From the NCBI RefSeq assembly GCF_009914755.1, contig NC_060940.1: a DNA stretch of 64,000 nt. One strand, 5' to 3'. The position numbers and the translations under genes are program-made. Below the pieces are notes generated by a model. That model did no database searches, was not told where the DNA came from, and worked only from the letters and a program-made list of their open reading frames with translations. The stretch comes from the human T2T-CHM13v2.0 reference genome, Homo sapiens. Below, one piece after another: positions 39,045 to 64,000 of the stretch (position 1 is its first letter; every line of letters begins with the position of its first letter).

Positions 39045-39499
39045 AACCCTGTGCTGTCAGTCATATAAATGTATATCACATACAATTATATACAGCATAT
39101 AATACTTGATAATGATAATAAATGACTATGTTATTAATTTATGTGTTTACTATACAACTTACAGCCCCATAAGCTCCATTCATGGTAAGTGCTCTATAAA
39201 GGTGTACCATTTTTTATCTTTCATATAGTATTTTTTGCTGTACCTTCTCTATGTTTAGGTATCTTCAGATACATAAATACTTACCATTGTGTTTCAACTG
39301 CCTACAGCATTCAGTAGAGTAACATGCTGCACAGACTTGTAGCATAGGAGCAATAAGCTATACCATATAGCCTAGGTATGCAATAGAGTTTACCATCTAG
39401 GTTTGTGTAAGTACAGTTTATACTGTTTGCAAAGTGATGAAATGCCTAACAACACATATCTCAGAACACATCCCCATTGATAAATAATACATGACTCTA
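39045..39499. mobile_element. Tigger3/MER7-like DNA transposon fragment
   Basis: ctataccatatagcctaggt...ccatctaggtttgtgtaagtaca...catgact terminal sequence. Confidence 0.75.
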
Positions 39500-47900
<8,401 letters not shown>

Positions 47901-50149
47901 TGAATGAGAGAAATCACCCTAGCTGACACTTCAATATGGGATTTTTAGTCTCCAGAATTGAGTACATTTTTGTTTCTAAAGCCAGTTAGCAAGTGGTAAT
48001 CTGGTAGTGTGGTATGGAAGCCCCAGCAAACTGATAGTCTATTAGAACAAACATAGGATGTCCCCTACAGTATGGCTGAGATGACCACAGAATTGAATCA
48101 CGTCAATCTTCACCAGCACAGAAAGGCTGCACCATTGTGGGAAACAGCCTTCCTTATGGAATATTATGACAGGTGAGGGCACAGGTTCTGACCTGGCAGG
48201 GTTATGATGATATGTTTTATAAGATTAAAAGTTACAGACAAATGTTAGAATAGCCCAAACCCCTCCCTTTTCTGTATAAAGCACCCAATTTAGAGTAATG
48301 GTTAAGATTGGAGGTCTGGAAGAGTAGTGGAGCTGCCTGCTACATGGAATACTTGGGGCAAGTTGTGAAAACAAAAAAAACAGCAACAACATGCAAAGAT
48401 ACTCATGGCCTATTGTAAAGTAAAAACAATGCAAAAGTGTTTTCTTTGATATTTCTAGAAGTATGTGAACAGGGACTTTGCACCTAGTCAAGTTGCCACT
48501 GGGGACTAATGGAGGCCAGGTTCCTTAGGGAATGAAACTATCAGCCACTAAATTGGCAAAAATATAGGACAGGGCCCAGGGGAGTTTCTATACTCAGGTT
48601 TGGGCCCTGGGCCCACTCTGGTCATCTCAGGTCCTTGTCTGTGATGATCCTTCTTGTGCTCACTCTCAAGCTTGCCCAGCAGTGACCATGGTTTGTGATG
48701 TGGCGCAACTGTCTGTTGTCCAAGGAGGTAGAATTGGACCTGTTAAACAGCTCTTCACTTATCTCCTCCATGGAATTCTGCAAATAGAGTACCCAGCAAA
48801 TTGACTGAGAGGTGTTAGTGGCCTGCCTGGCGCTGTTCCCACAAGGAGATACTCTGATTAAAGTTCTGCATTCTAGATTAGGCACAGAAGAGCATCTCCA
48901 TGAACCTCCAGCCAGGGCAAAAACCACATGACAACTTGAGGTCTCAGAATCAAATCTGAGTAAACAAGCTTAATCCCCAACACTCACCTTCCCATCCTGC
49001 CAGCCATGACCTGGGGTATGAACACAGTAGAGTTCCAGCACCTAACAACCTGCTCCTTCCCAGGAAGAGCCTCACCTTACCTTCTGCTCCCCACCCCTAC
49101 ACACATATATGGTGATGAGGAGAGGGTATGAGGTTGTCCAGATGGGATCTCAAGTGAGGATTGGCCTGGAAGTGGCTACCCTGTGGTTACTTTGGGGTAC
49201 CTCTTGCCAAATGTCCTGAGGCATGGAGGTTGGGGATTGAGAGCTGAGCCAATGAGCCAAATTCTGCATCTTTAGAAAAGGCTCTCACTGAAGCAAGAGC
49301 TTTGAAAAGTTGGGATACAGCAGAACATCTTGCTCTCTTGACAGTCTCTGGCTAAGCTTGATAGGAGGCTGCCTTCAGAAATGTGAGTGCCTGGTTACCA
49401 AAGTTTTAAGTTCTGTTGGGGTCTTTCACCAAGGAAGTGAGGTCACTTCTTCAAGGTTTCATTATTCTTTTACTAAGACCTACCCATAGGCTTCTCTGGG
49501 ATGCTGACTGCTCATCTTCCTTCCCCATGTTATTTTATTACCTGCACACATTTATGCAAACACAGACCCCTCTCACCCAGCCTCTGAGAAGACTCAGTGA
49601 AGCCAGGACCACAGGTTAAGAAAAGCTAGGTCAGAACCTCTTTTCAATAAATTTACCAGTTATGTCATCCTAGATATGTCATTGTGCTTCTGGGGGACTC
49701 CACAGTCTCCCAACCTGCACAATAGAGATCATACTAGTTACCTAGTTCTAAGATGACTCATCAGGAGTTACCTAATTCTAAGGTAACTCATCAGGGCTAT
49801 GTGAAATAATACAATGATTGTGAGTTGGTATCACATGTAGCTAATGTATAAACACAGAGATGGGAGAATTACATGGGGTGGGACAACTGAAACATGCCTG
49901 GGTTTTATCAGTTGCATGTTGGGAAAGTTGCTTCCCCTCCTGGTCTCATTTCCCAAGATCCACCATAAGGGAGTTGAAATTAAATAAAATTTCAATAATG
50001 TCATCCTGAGGCAATAAACTTTCCAATATCTTCTCATTCTATTTAGAATCAGGTCCATCTGTCTCACCTTGGTCTCTGTGGTGAACCGCCTCCAGGATGG
50101 TTCACGAAGATCCCCATTTCCCAGTATACACACCGTGTGTAACCAGTAA

Positions 50150-50535
50150 GTGGTTAGTGACTCACCTCTAGGCAAAATAATACAACTAAAGATATGGAAT
50201 GTCACTTCCAATATTTAATTACTAAAATATTTTCATTTACCTCTTACTTTCTCTCTCTCTGGTACCCTTATTTCCTTCCTTCCTTCCCCCACCCTGCTGT
50301 GGCATATACTTTGCTCTGGAGAAGCAAGCTCCAATGATTTGAGCTTCTCTACTTACAGGCTTGTGTGACAAAGAATGGAGGGAATACCTCGACCAACAGA
50401 AAGGAACCCAGGCCTGACTCCAAACTGAATGATGCCACAACTAACCAGTATGAGTTTTGGAAGCCCATCCTTCCCCAGTTAAGTAATAGTTGAGACCACA
50501 GCTCATGAGAAACCCTGAGGCACACACCCTAACTA
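50150..50535 (+). mobile_element. MLT1-type MaLR LTR remnant
   Basis: gatatggaatgtcacttcc...gctctggagaagcaagct...ccatccttccccagtt...gagaaaccctgag. Confidence 0.6.
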
Positions 50536-52822
50536 GATTTTCTGGGGAGTTGGTGTGAAAGACTCAGGAAGTATATTGTAGGCAAATGAGTCTTTGGGAC
50601 AATCAACGAATGACCCAAAGCTTCCTCTGTCTTAGCATTGAGAATATGACTAAAACTTCATTGTGTCAAAAAAACTATTACATCTAAACAAAAACAGTGA
50701 AGCATGCCATTTGACATTGAATTGTATCAACATGACATATTAGCCTACCTCCTCTTTTTAATAAATCTTTAGAGAGGACAGAAAAATGTGAATAACATAC
50801 CAAAATAATTTAGTAAATGAAGAATGGTATGAACAAATAGAAATTTGATAAAGCAGAGTGGTTAGTACTTAGTAGCCCCTACAATGTGTTAGGAATTATT
50901 CTAAGCCAATTACACATGGCCTTAATACCTGAAACATGTAACACAGAAATTCATGAAAAATGACAAACTGACCCATTTACAATCAATCATATTAGGTAAC
51001 ATTAAGACCATCATAGAAATAAAATGTTTTGGTATACAGTAACTAAATGAACATAAACATGCTAAATAACTTTATTAAAGTTTGACTAATTAGGTAGAGA
51101 CAAATGGGTAGCATTTTTCACCAGTAAAGATAAGATACATATTATATTCCAGTACCAGAGGTGAAAAAAATAAATGGCAAAGTGTAGACCTAACAATGTC
51201 ATGAATTTTATGATAGCAGAAATTCAAGAGGTCACTATTTTCTAGGCAACTAAAATGACTCTGGAAATGATAAATTGTAACCAACAAGTACTACCTAGCT
51301 ATACACAAACGTCCCTTGTCTGTTTGAATTAATTTATAGAATAAGTAGAAATCCAAATGTATTCTTTTGTAAATTCAGGAACATGCTAAAAAGGAAGCAG
51401 AGTGATTAAAGCCAAAAGACCTGAATTCAGGTAAATAATTTTATCAATATTAACTTAATGTTATAGAAAAACAGTAATTCTGGCTGTATCTAGATCAGTT
51501 TCTGTTCACTGGCATGAAGTATATATTTTCAGAAATGTGCAAAAACCAAATTTTTAAGTATTAAAAAAACCTACTGTTTACAAATTACTATTACCACATG
51601 TTCTGAATGAAGAAAAGGGATATCTCATAAGATTCTGCTGTATGCTACACAATGTCTATTGAAATATTTTACTCATGTACACTGGATATTTGTGCTTTTA
51701 GGAAAAATGCTATATATTATTACATATTTTAATATAGACAACTAAAAAATCCTCAAGAAGTTACAAGAACCTTTAAGTTGCTGAATGGAGTTAAAGGAAA
51801 GTATAAGAACTTCACAGAAGCAGAAGTAAATCGAGAGAATGACCCAGAGTAGTCAAACTAAGAAAAAAATGCTTCCTTCAGATACTCACTGATCACAAGG
51901 ATGTCAAATCTATGTGTGTTTTTCATCATGTTCCCAGGGAAAACGAAAGAAACACTGGAAATAATATGACTATAGACACCCCAAATATGGTATCTCCCAA
52001 AAGAGAGAACCAAAGGAAAAACGGAGTGACATAATAAGGAAGAAATGTCTGAAGAAAAAATATGCAACAGCTTTGCACATTGGAATTATATTTAAAATGT
52101 TTAAATGAATACAATGAAAAGTAGAAAATCAATGTTTATTTTTGTGGAAAGAACAAGAAACTAAAGTTTAAAAGCCACATTTGAACGACAGCACAATAGA
52201 ATATGAATAATACAAAATTAAGTTACCAGACAATGTATAGGTTCACCACTAAATTAAACAGAGATAAGAGGACCAGTGAACTAGAATACTGAGCAGAATG
52301 AATACAGCAAAATACAGTAGAAATAAAATATCATAAAATTTTAATTTTAATTAAAGTCTAGAATGAGGAGCAAAACATGCCTAATTGTTTCACTAGAACA
52401 ATAAGTATGAATTGGCCACAGCAAATAAGGCCAGTCAGATCCAAGGAATGGGTAAACAGAATCTTTCCCTCCATGGGAGTAGCTAAAAGCACACATTGCA
52501 AAGGGCATGGATAGAGAGAGGAATGAATTGTTCCCATTATTGCAATCAGTATCATTATGCTTTGTCTTGCATAACTGTTCCAAGTCAAGTAACTAGTCTA
52601 TTAAGAGGCTGGGATGGGACTCAGGGTCAACTCTGCCTGACTCCAAAGCCCATGAACGCCATGGGTCCTTGAGGTTCTGGAGAGTGCCACTTCTGTGACA
52701 GAAGTAGGATTCCTTAGACATTCTCATCCATCTACTACTCTTCACTATTAGGAATAATCTCCTTTGGACAACGCTTCTGAAGCAACTTGGAAGGTCTTCA
52801 AATAATTTGAGAAAGTGACTGA

Positions 52823-53193
<371 letters not shown>

Positions 53194-53463
53194 TAAGAAC
53201 ACACTCCACGTGTTTGCAAATTCTCACGTTTGCAAATTCATTTTAGTATTTTCAGGTTACTTATGCTTTCAGCACAGATTAAATCAAATTACTGTGCCTG
53301 AAACAACCTCTTACTCTAAAAGCAAGTGACATAAAAAATAGATCTGTAGAGAGACATTTCCTCCTGCTGCAATTTCCAAGACTCCAAATGCAGGAGTGGT
53401 CATAGGTTAAATACTTGCAGCACACATGGAAATCACACACAGCTAATGCATCCCTCACCCTGA

Positions 53464-53642
53464 AACAGTGGGTCTCACCCCTGGCTCCACATTACAGTCA
53501 CATGCGGAGGCCCTACAATTCCCAAAACCTAAATTGCAACAGACCAATAAAATCAAAATCCCTGGAGTAGGGCCCAGACGTCAGTATTGTTTAAAGTTCT
53601 CCAAGTGATTACAGAGTTTAGCCAAGTCCCCAAAGTACTGCT
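53464..53642. mobile_element. MER5-type hAT fossil
   Basis: cagtgggtctca...cagaccaataaaatcaaaatccctgg...gggccca...tccaagtgatt...actg. Confidence 0.6.
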
Positions 53643-54419
53643 TCAAGCCAAAATTTTTTGGTGTACTAGTTGCAAATTGTCTCTTGAATGAATGTAAAAT
53701 GTTTACTCCTGAGTTGCAGCCTTTCAGTCATACCTGTATTATCTACTCACCTTTGCAGGAACTGACCTTTGCTACTCCTTTTGTTCCTGATCAACATGCT
53801 CCACATGTACTGAGTGCATACTATGCCCAGGGTCCTGTGCTAGGTGTCCTGGCTTTCAGAGCATCACTGTGGGGAAAAGACTTTGCTGGGAAAAAGTTTC
53901 ATCTCAAAAAATCAAAAGCATGCCACTTAGCAAATGAAGGCAAAAATGGAAAGACCCAAGAGGTGCCCATGAGATTAGGACGTTGATACTTTAGAATATT
54001 CAAACCCATCTGCTAATGCCATGAGATTGTGTTCCACTTTACAACAAAAGAAAATGCTGCTAACATTCTGAGATAGTGAGTTAGGATTCTGGTGCAAATA
54101 TGTAATATTTAATTTTTTATTGATATACCACATTACATACAGAAACATTCATGTAAAGCTGTTTGGATTATAACAGATAATTTACATAACTGAGGAATAG
54201 AACCAGCTTTACTCCTACCCAGAAAATAAATTTCTCCCTCCCTCCCTGTCCAAAGGTAAACAAGATCCTGAGGTAACAGTGTAAATGAATATTGTACATT
54301 TATACAAATGCTATTAAAGACATAAAAATAAAATATATAGACCTGCCCCCAGCTTCAACTACTAATCATGTACCACTTCTGCTTCATCTATACTTCAACC
54401 CTTTACCAACCCAACTCAC

Positions 54420-57130
<2,711 letters not shown>

Positions 57131-57236
57131 TTGGCACTGCTTTTACTTCAACTAAATGGTCAGAATTTTGTATTGTAACTAAATAGATCACTATAGAGTT
57201 ACTAATGTCTTCAGATTAATTTCGAAGCACCATTAA

Positions 57237-57578
<342 letters not shown>

Positions 57579-58849
57579 TAACAATATTTTATAAGCTTTC
57601 AAATAAGAAAATCATATAATTATTCTTACAGGAATCATAGGCAAGAAAAAAGGATTTGTATAGGATAGGGTCTGAACCCAGAAGACATTAGATTTATGAG
57701 AGAAAAATTCAGTGTACAACAGAGAAACTAATTTTGCTTTGAGAATTTGTGAGGTTTCTAGCATGGTAGTAAATCAACAGTTCTCAAATTTCCTGTTGTG
57801 ATCCATGATTTTCTTTTCCATTTGAAGATAGGTAAACACATGCATTTTTTCCTGTATAGTTCTCTTACACCTTTTTCCTTCTATGTTGATACATCTGTAT
57901 ATTCCATTCAATGTAAGCTAAAGCCAAGAAAAATCTCTAAGTGTTCACACTGAAAAAGGGCATGTGCAAAGAAAAACACTGAATAAAATTTTATAAGCAA
58001 TGATTCAGGATTGTAAAAGTATGGATTTTAAGTATACTCCCATATAATCTTTATTATAACTGTTATAGTACATCAGTAGCTACAAAAAGCAGGAAAGAAT
58101 ATAATATAGTAACTATGAAAATGTTATCAATATTATTGGAAATTGAAGTCCTCTGGAAAATTGATATGAAATGTATTTAGAATCTTTCAGATATGAGTTT
58201 TCACTTTTATATCTGTGAGGCATTTTTATTTTTAACACATCAAATAATATTCAAAGTTACTACTTCATTGTATTATGCTGGTATTTCAAATAACTGACCA
58301 GTTTTTTTCTACTTAAGGAACAATTGATGTAATAAATAAACTCAGAATATTCTTCTTTTATTTTAGTATAGAATAATAATGCCCTAAATATGTACTATAT
58401 GCTTACATCCATTACTGTTTTATGATTCAAACACAAAGAGCATCTTTTAGATTTTCTTCATGTATTCTCCATTTACCATTAAACTTCCATGAAATTAAAT
58501 TGATATTAATAATATTCATTTACTATAGAACAACCTCTCATAGCTCTGATGTAGAAAAAATAGACTATATGTTTTTATATAAACACTAGGCATTAAGGTA
58601 TAACAACTAATTTGAGAATTGAATTATTGTTTGCTTTATACAAATCTCAAATGTTTTCAATACAAATAACGTGCTCACTGAATAATTACTTGTCCACACA
58701 TCAATGTTTTTGCTCATTTGAAACACACAACAAAATAAATAACTGCTTTGGCTTTAGAGTAATCCTCCTTAATAAATACTGCTATTTAATGTAAAGTCTG
58801 GGGAACTGTGCTTTATTCCTTTTTTGTGTAAGTCCTGACACATTCAGAC

Positions 58850-60924
<2,075 letters not shown>

Positions 60925-61788
60925 CTGAAAGATACCAAAAGTTTTAAAAATTCCAATTACTAAATTCAGGTGAAAATACTTTATAAATCTAATATAAAAA
61001 ATTATACCAAGTTGAGAACACCATGATAGTTGAATCAAAAACTTGAGGTCCCTTTTTTTCTCAATTGATATGTGAACTTAAATATAATAGCATGACTAAA
61101 GCCAGTTGAGTTTGCAGTGCTTAGGTGAACACAAAGCCAAGAATGGTTGCATTTAGAAGGAAGGAAGTTTGTTGTATTTGTGCACCACAGCACAGCACAG
61201 TTACACAGAAATTTTTCACATTCTGTTTTGCCCTCAGCAAAGAAAAAAAAAGGAGTAAAACATATGTCCAAAGTTCTGGGTTATTCTGGGGCTAAAGACT
61301 GTTCATTGCTTCCTTTAATATGTGGTGCTGAAGAAAATGGTGATATAGTTGAAATGACATGTCAGGTCAACTGAGAAGAAAGATGAATGCTTACTACCAC
61401 AACAGAAAGACAGTAGTGCCTTTGACACTCACCAAAGGGAGAGATTAAAGGCTCCTAAGAGAAAAAAAGGCAAACCTTTTTAATAGGAAAATACACACAG
61501 TAGTCCAGAGAAGACACATCCTGACAACAGTTTGAAGAATTTCCCAGAATGACTAGAGTACCTGATGGGTATCAGTTTTCGCCTGTACAAATTCATTCCA
61601 TAAAAGATGAAATAGGTAGCTGTTTCTTACTTGATCAAAATATCAACAAAATCACAAGACATCAAAGTAACCAAAAAACACGGCTCAATCAAAGGACCAA
61701 AATGAAAGTGAATCTAAAGAAGTAGAAATCTATTAACTAACATATTAATATCAAAGTGAAGCTAGAGAAGTAGAAATCTATTAACTAA

Positions 61789-62278
61789 TGTTGAGACCAG
61801 CTCTGTTGTGGAGACCCTAACCAGCAGCGCTAGAGGAATTAAACACACACACACAGAAATACAGAGTGTGGAGTGGGAAATCAGGGGACTCACAGCCTTC
61901 AGAGCTGAGAGCCCCAATCAGAGTTTGACCCACATATTTATTGACAGCAAGCCAGTGATAACCATTGTTTCTATAGATTATAGATTAACTAAAAGTATTC
62001 CTTACGGGAAACAAAGGTATGGGCTCTGGCTAGTTATCTGCAGCAGGAACATGTCCTTAAGGCACAGATTGCTCATGCTATTGTTTGTGGCTTAGGGACA
62101 CCTTAAGTGGTCTTCTGCCCTGGATGGGCCAGGTGTTCCTTGCCCTCATTCCGGTAAACCCACAACCTTTAGTGTGGGTGTCATGGCCACCATGAACATG
62201 TCACAGTGCTGCAGAGATTTTGTTTATGGCCAGTTTTGGGGCCTATTTATGGCCAGATTTGGGGGCCGGTTCCCAAAA
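61789..62278 (-). mobile_element. MER9 solo LTR
   Basis: Reverse homology to 286-793; 6-bp TSD aactaa at 61783-61788 and 62279-62284. Confidence 0.9.
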
Positions 62279-62317
62279 AACTAATTTTAAATTAATTTAA
62301 AATATCTATCTTTGTCT

Positions 62318-62590
62318 TACAGACAAGTTCTTACACTGTCATCAGGCCAGAGTGCAATCATAGCTCAGTGGAACCTTGAATTCCTGGCTTAAAGCAGTCA
62401 CCCTCCCTGGCTTTCCCAAGTGGCTATGACTACAGGAATGCACCATCACATCTGAATAATTTTTTTAATTCTTTGTACAGACAGGGTCTTTCTAGGTCAC
62501 CTAGGCTGGTCAAGAATTCCTGGCCTCAAGGAATCCTACAGCCTCAGACTCTCAAATTGCTGGGATAACATCAGCAACTACACCTGGCAT
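62318..62590 (-). mobile_element. Degraded AluJ
   Basis: agagtgcaatcatagctca...acagggtct...ctcaaattgctggga. Confidence 0.75.
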
Positions 62591-62629
62591 TCTCTGTCTT
62601 CTTTAAGAAATGAGGACATTAAGCCAACA

Positions 62630-64000
62630 ACCATACACAAGGACAAGGATATATTACATAATGATAAAGGGTTCAATTCAACAAGAATATTTTAATATGG
62701 TAAACACCTATGCACCAAACTTTGGAGCACCAAGATTCATAAAACAAGTACTTCTAGTCCTGAGAAAAGAATTAGCCACATAATAACAGTGGCATACTTC
62801 AACTCCCCATGGGCATCATTAGATCATTGAGGCAGACAATAAATAAAGAAATTTTGGACATCAATTCCACTTGACCAACTGGACCTAATAGGCATCTACA
62901 GAATAGACCAACTGGGCCTAATAGACATCTACAGAACACTCCATCCATCAACGATAAAACACATACATCTTTCATATGCACACAGGACACACTTGATGAT
63001 TGAACCTATATGCTCAGCCAGAAAGCAAGTCTCAATAAATTAAAAAAAAATCAAAATCATACCAACCATACTCTTGGACCAAAATAGAATAAGAACAGAA
63101 AACAATACCAAGAAGATCTCTCAAAACCACAGAAATGCATAGAAATTAAACAACTGGCTCCTCAACAACTTTTGAGTAAACAATGAAATCAAGGCAGAAA
63201 TCAAAAAGTTCTTTGATATAAGTGAAAACAGAGAAAACACATACTAAAATCTTTGGTATGTGTTAATGTGGCAGCTAAAGCCACATTAAAAGAAGTTTAT
63301 AACATGAAATGCCTACTTTAAGAAGTTAGATCTCAAATTAATGATGTAACATCACATGTAAAGAAAATAGAATAAGAAAAATGAGCTAAGCACAAAGCTA
63401 GCAGAGGAAAAGAAATAACTAAGAACAGATAACTGAATTAAATTGAGACCCCAAATTCCATACAAAGCATCAGCAAAACCAAAAGTTGGTTCTTTGAAAG
63501 GGTAAACAAGATCAATAGACCACTAGCTAGGTTAACAAAGAAAAACAGAAGATAAGCACAATCAGAAGCAACAAAGGGGACATTACAATCGACCCCACAG
63601 GTATACAAAAGATTCTCAGAGACTTATGAGGACTTCTATGCATCTAGAGGAAATGAATAAATTCCTAGAAACATACAATCTCCAAAGAGTGAATAGGGAA
63701 GAAACTGAAACCCTGAACAAACCAGTATCAAGTTCTGATATTGAATCAGTAATAAAAAATCTACCAACCAAAAAAAGGCCCTGGACAAGATGGATTCACA
63801 ACTGAAATACACCAGAAGTACAAGGAAGAACTATTATCAATTCTACTCAAACTATTCCAAAAAATAAGGAGGAGGGACTCCTCCCTTCTCATTCTATGAG
63901 GCCAACATCACTCTGTTACCAAAATCTGGCAAAGACACAATGAACAAAGAAAACTACAGGACAATATATCTGATGAACATAGACAGGAAAATCCTCAACA
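62630..64000 (+). mobile_element. L1 ORF2 (endonuclease to pre-RT), disabled, runs off the window
   Basis: tacataatgataaagggttcaattcaacaagaa, ggagcaccaagattcataaaacaagt, aaactattccaaaaaat. Confidence 0.9.

Noticed and set aside
48622-48927. 101-aa minus-strand ORF with an acceptor-like tttgcag
   Set aside because: No recognisable homology and no partner exons; compatible with chance.
62873-62940. 33-bp tandem duplication in the L1 endonuclease region
   Set aside because: Ordinary slippage in a dead element; similar small duplications occur at ~7140, ~28670 and ~53210.

Overview
Primate (human or great-ape-like) genomic DNA, dominated by interspersed repeats, with no intact protein-coding gene. 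The pseudogene content resembles what I recall of human 16p11.2 between AHSP and ZNF720/ZNF267; that locus assignment is from memory, not a search. Five pseudogenes are recognisable: two vomeronasal type-1 receptor (VN1R) pseudogenes (+, ~4.2-5.1 kb and ~11.5-12.3 kb), an intron-containing FRG2-family pseudogene (-, 20.5-22.2 kb), a full-length YBX3 processed pseudogene (-, 25.2-27.1 kb), and the disabled terminal exon of a ZNF267/ZNF720-like KRAB zinc-finger gene (-, 58.9-60.9 kb). The rest is Alus, L1s (one full-length), ERV pieces (HML-3/MER9, MER57-like, LTR10, MER41, MER11, two THE1 proviruses, ERVL) and DNA transposon fossils. I cannot demonstrate a new biological system. Best leads: (1) three DUX4-type motifs within 61 bp upstream of the FRG2 pseudogene, plus an intact DUX4 motif in a THE1 5' LTR that heads a THE1-MER11 chimeric unit on the same strand; (2) an Alu and the YBX3 retrocopy enclosed by a single 14-bp target-site duplication; (3) an unidentified ~113-bp degenerate tandem repeat with residual coding character at 14.2-15.5 kb; (4) a ~450-bp non-coding block present twice, 38 kb apart.
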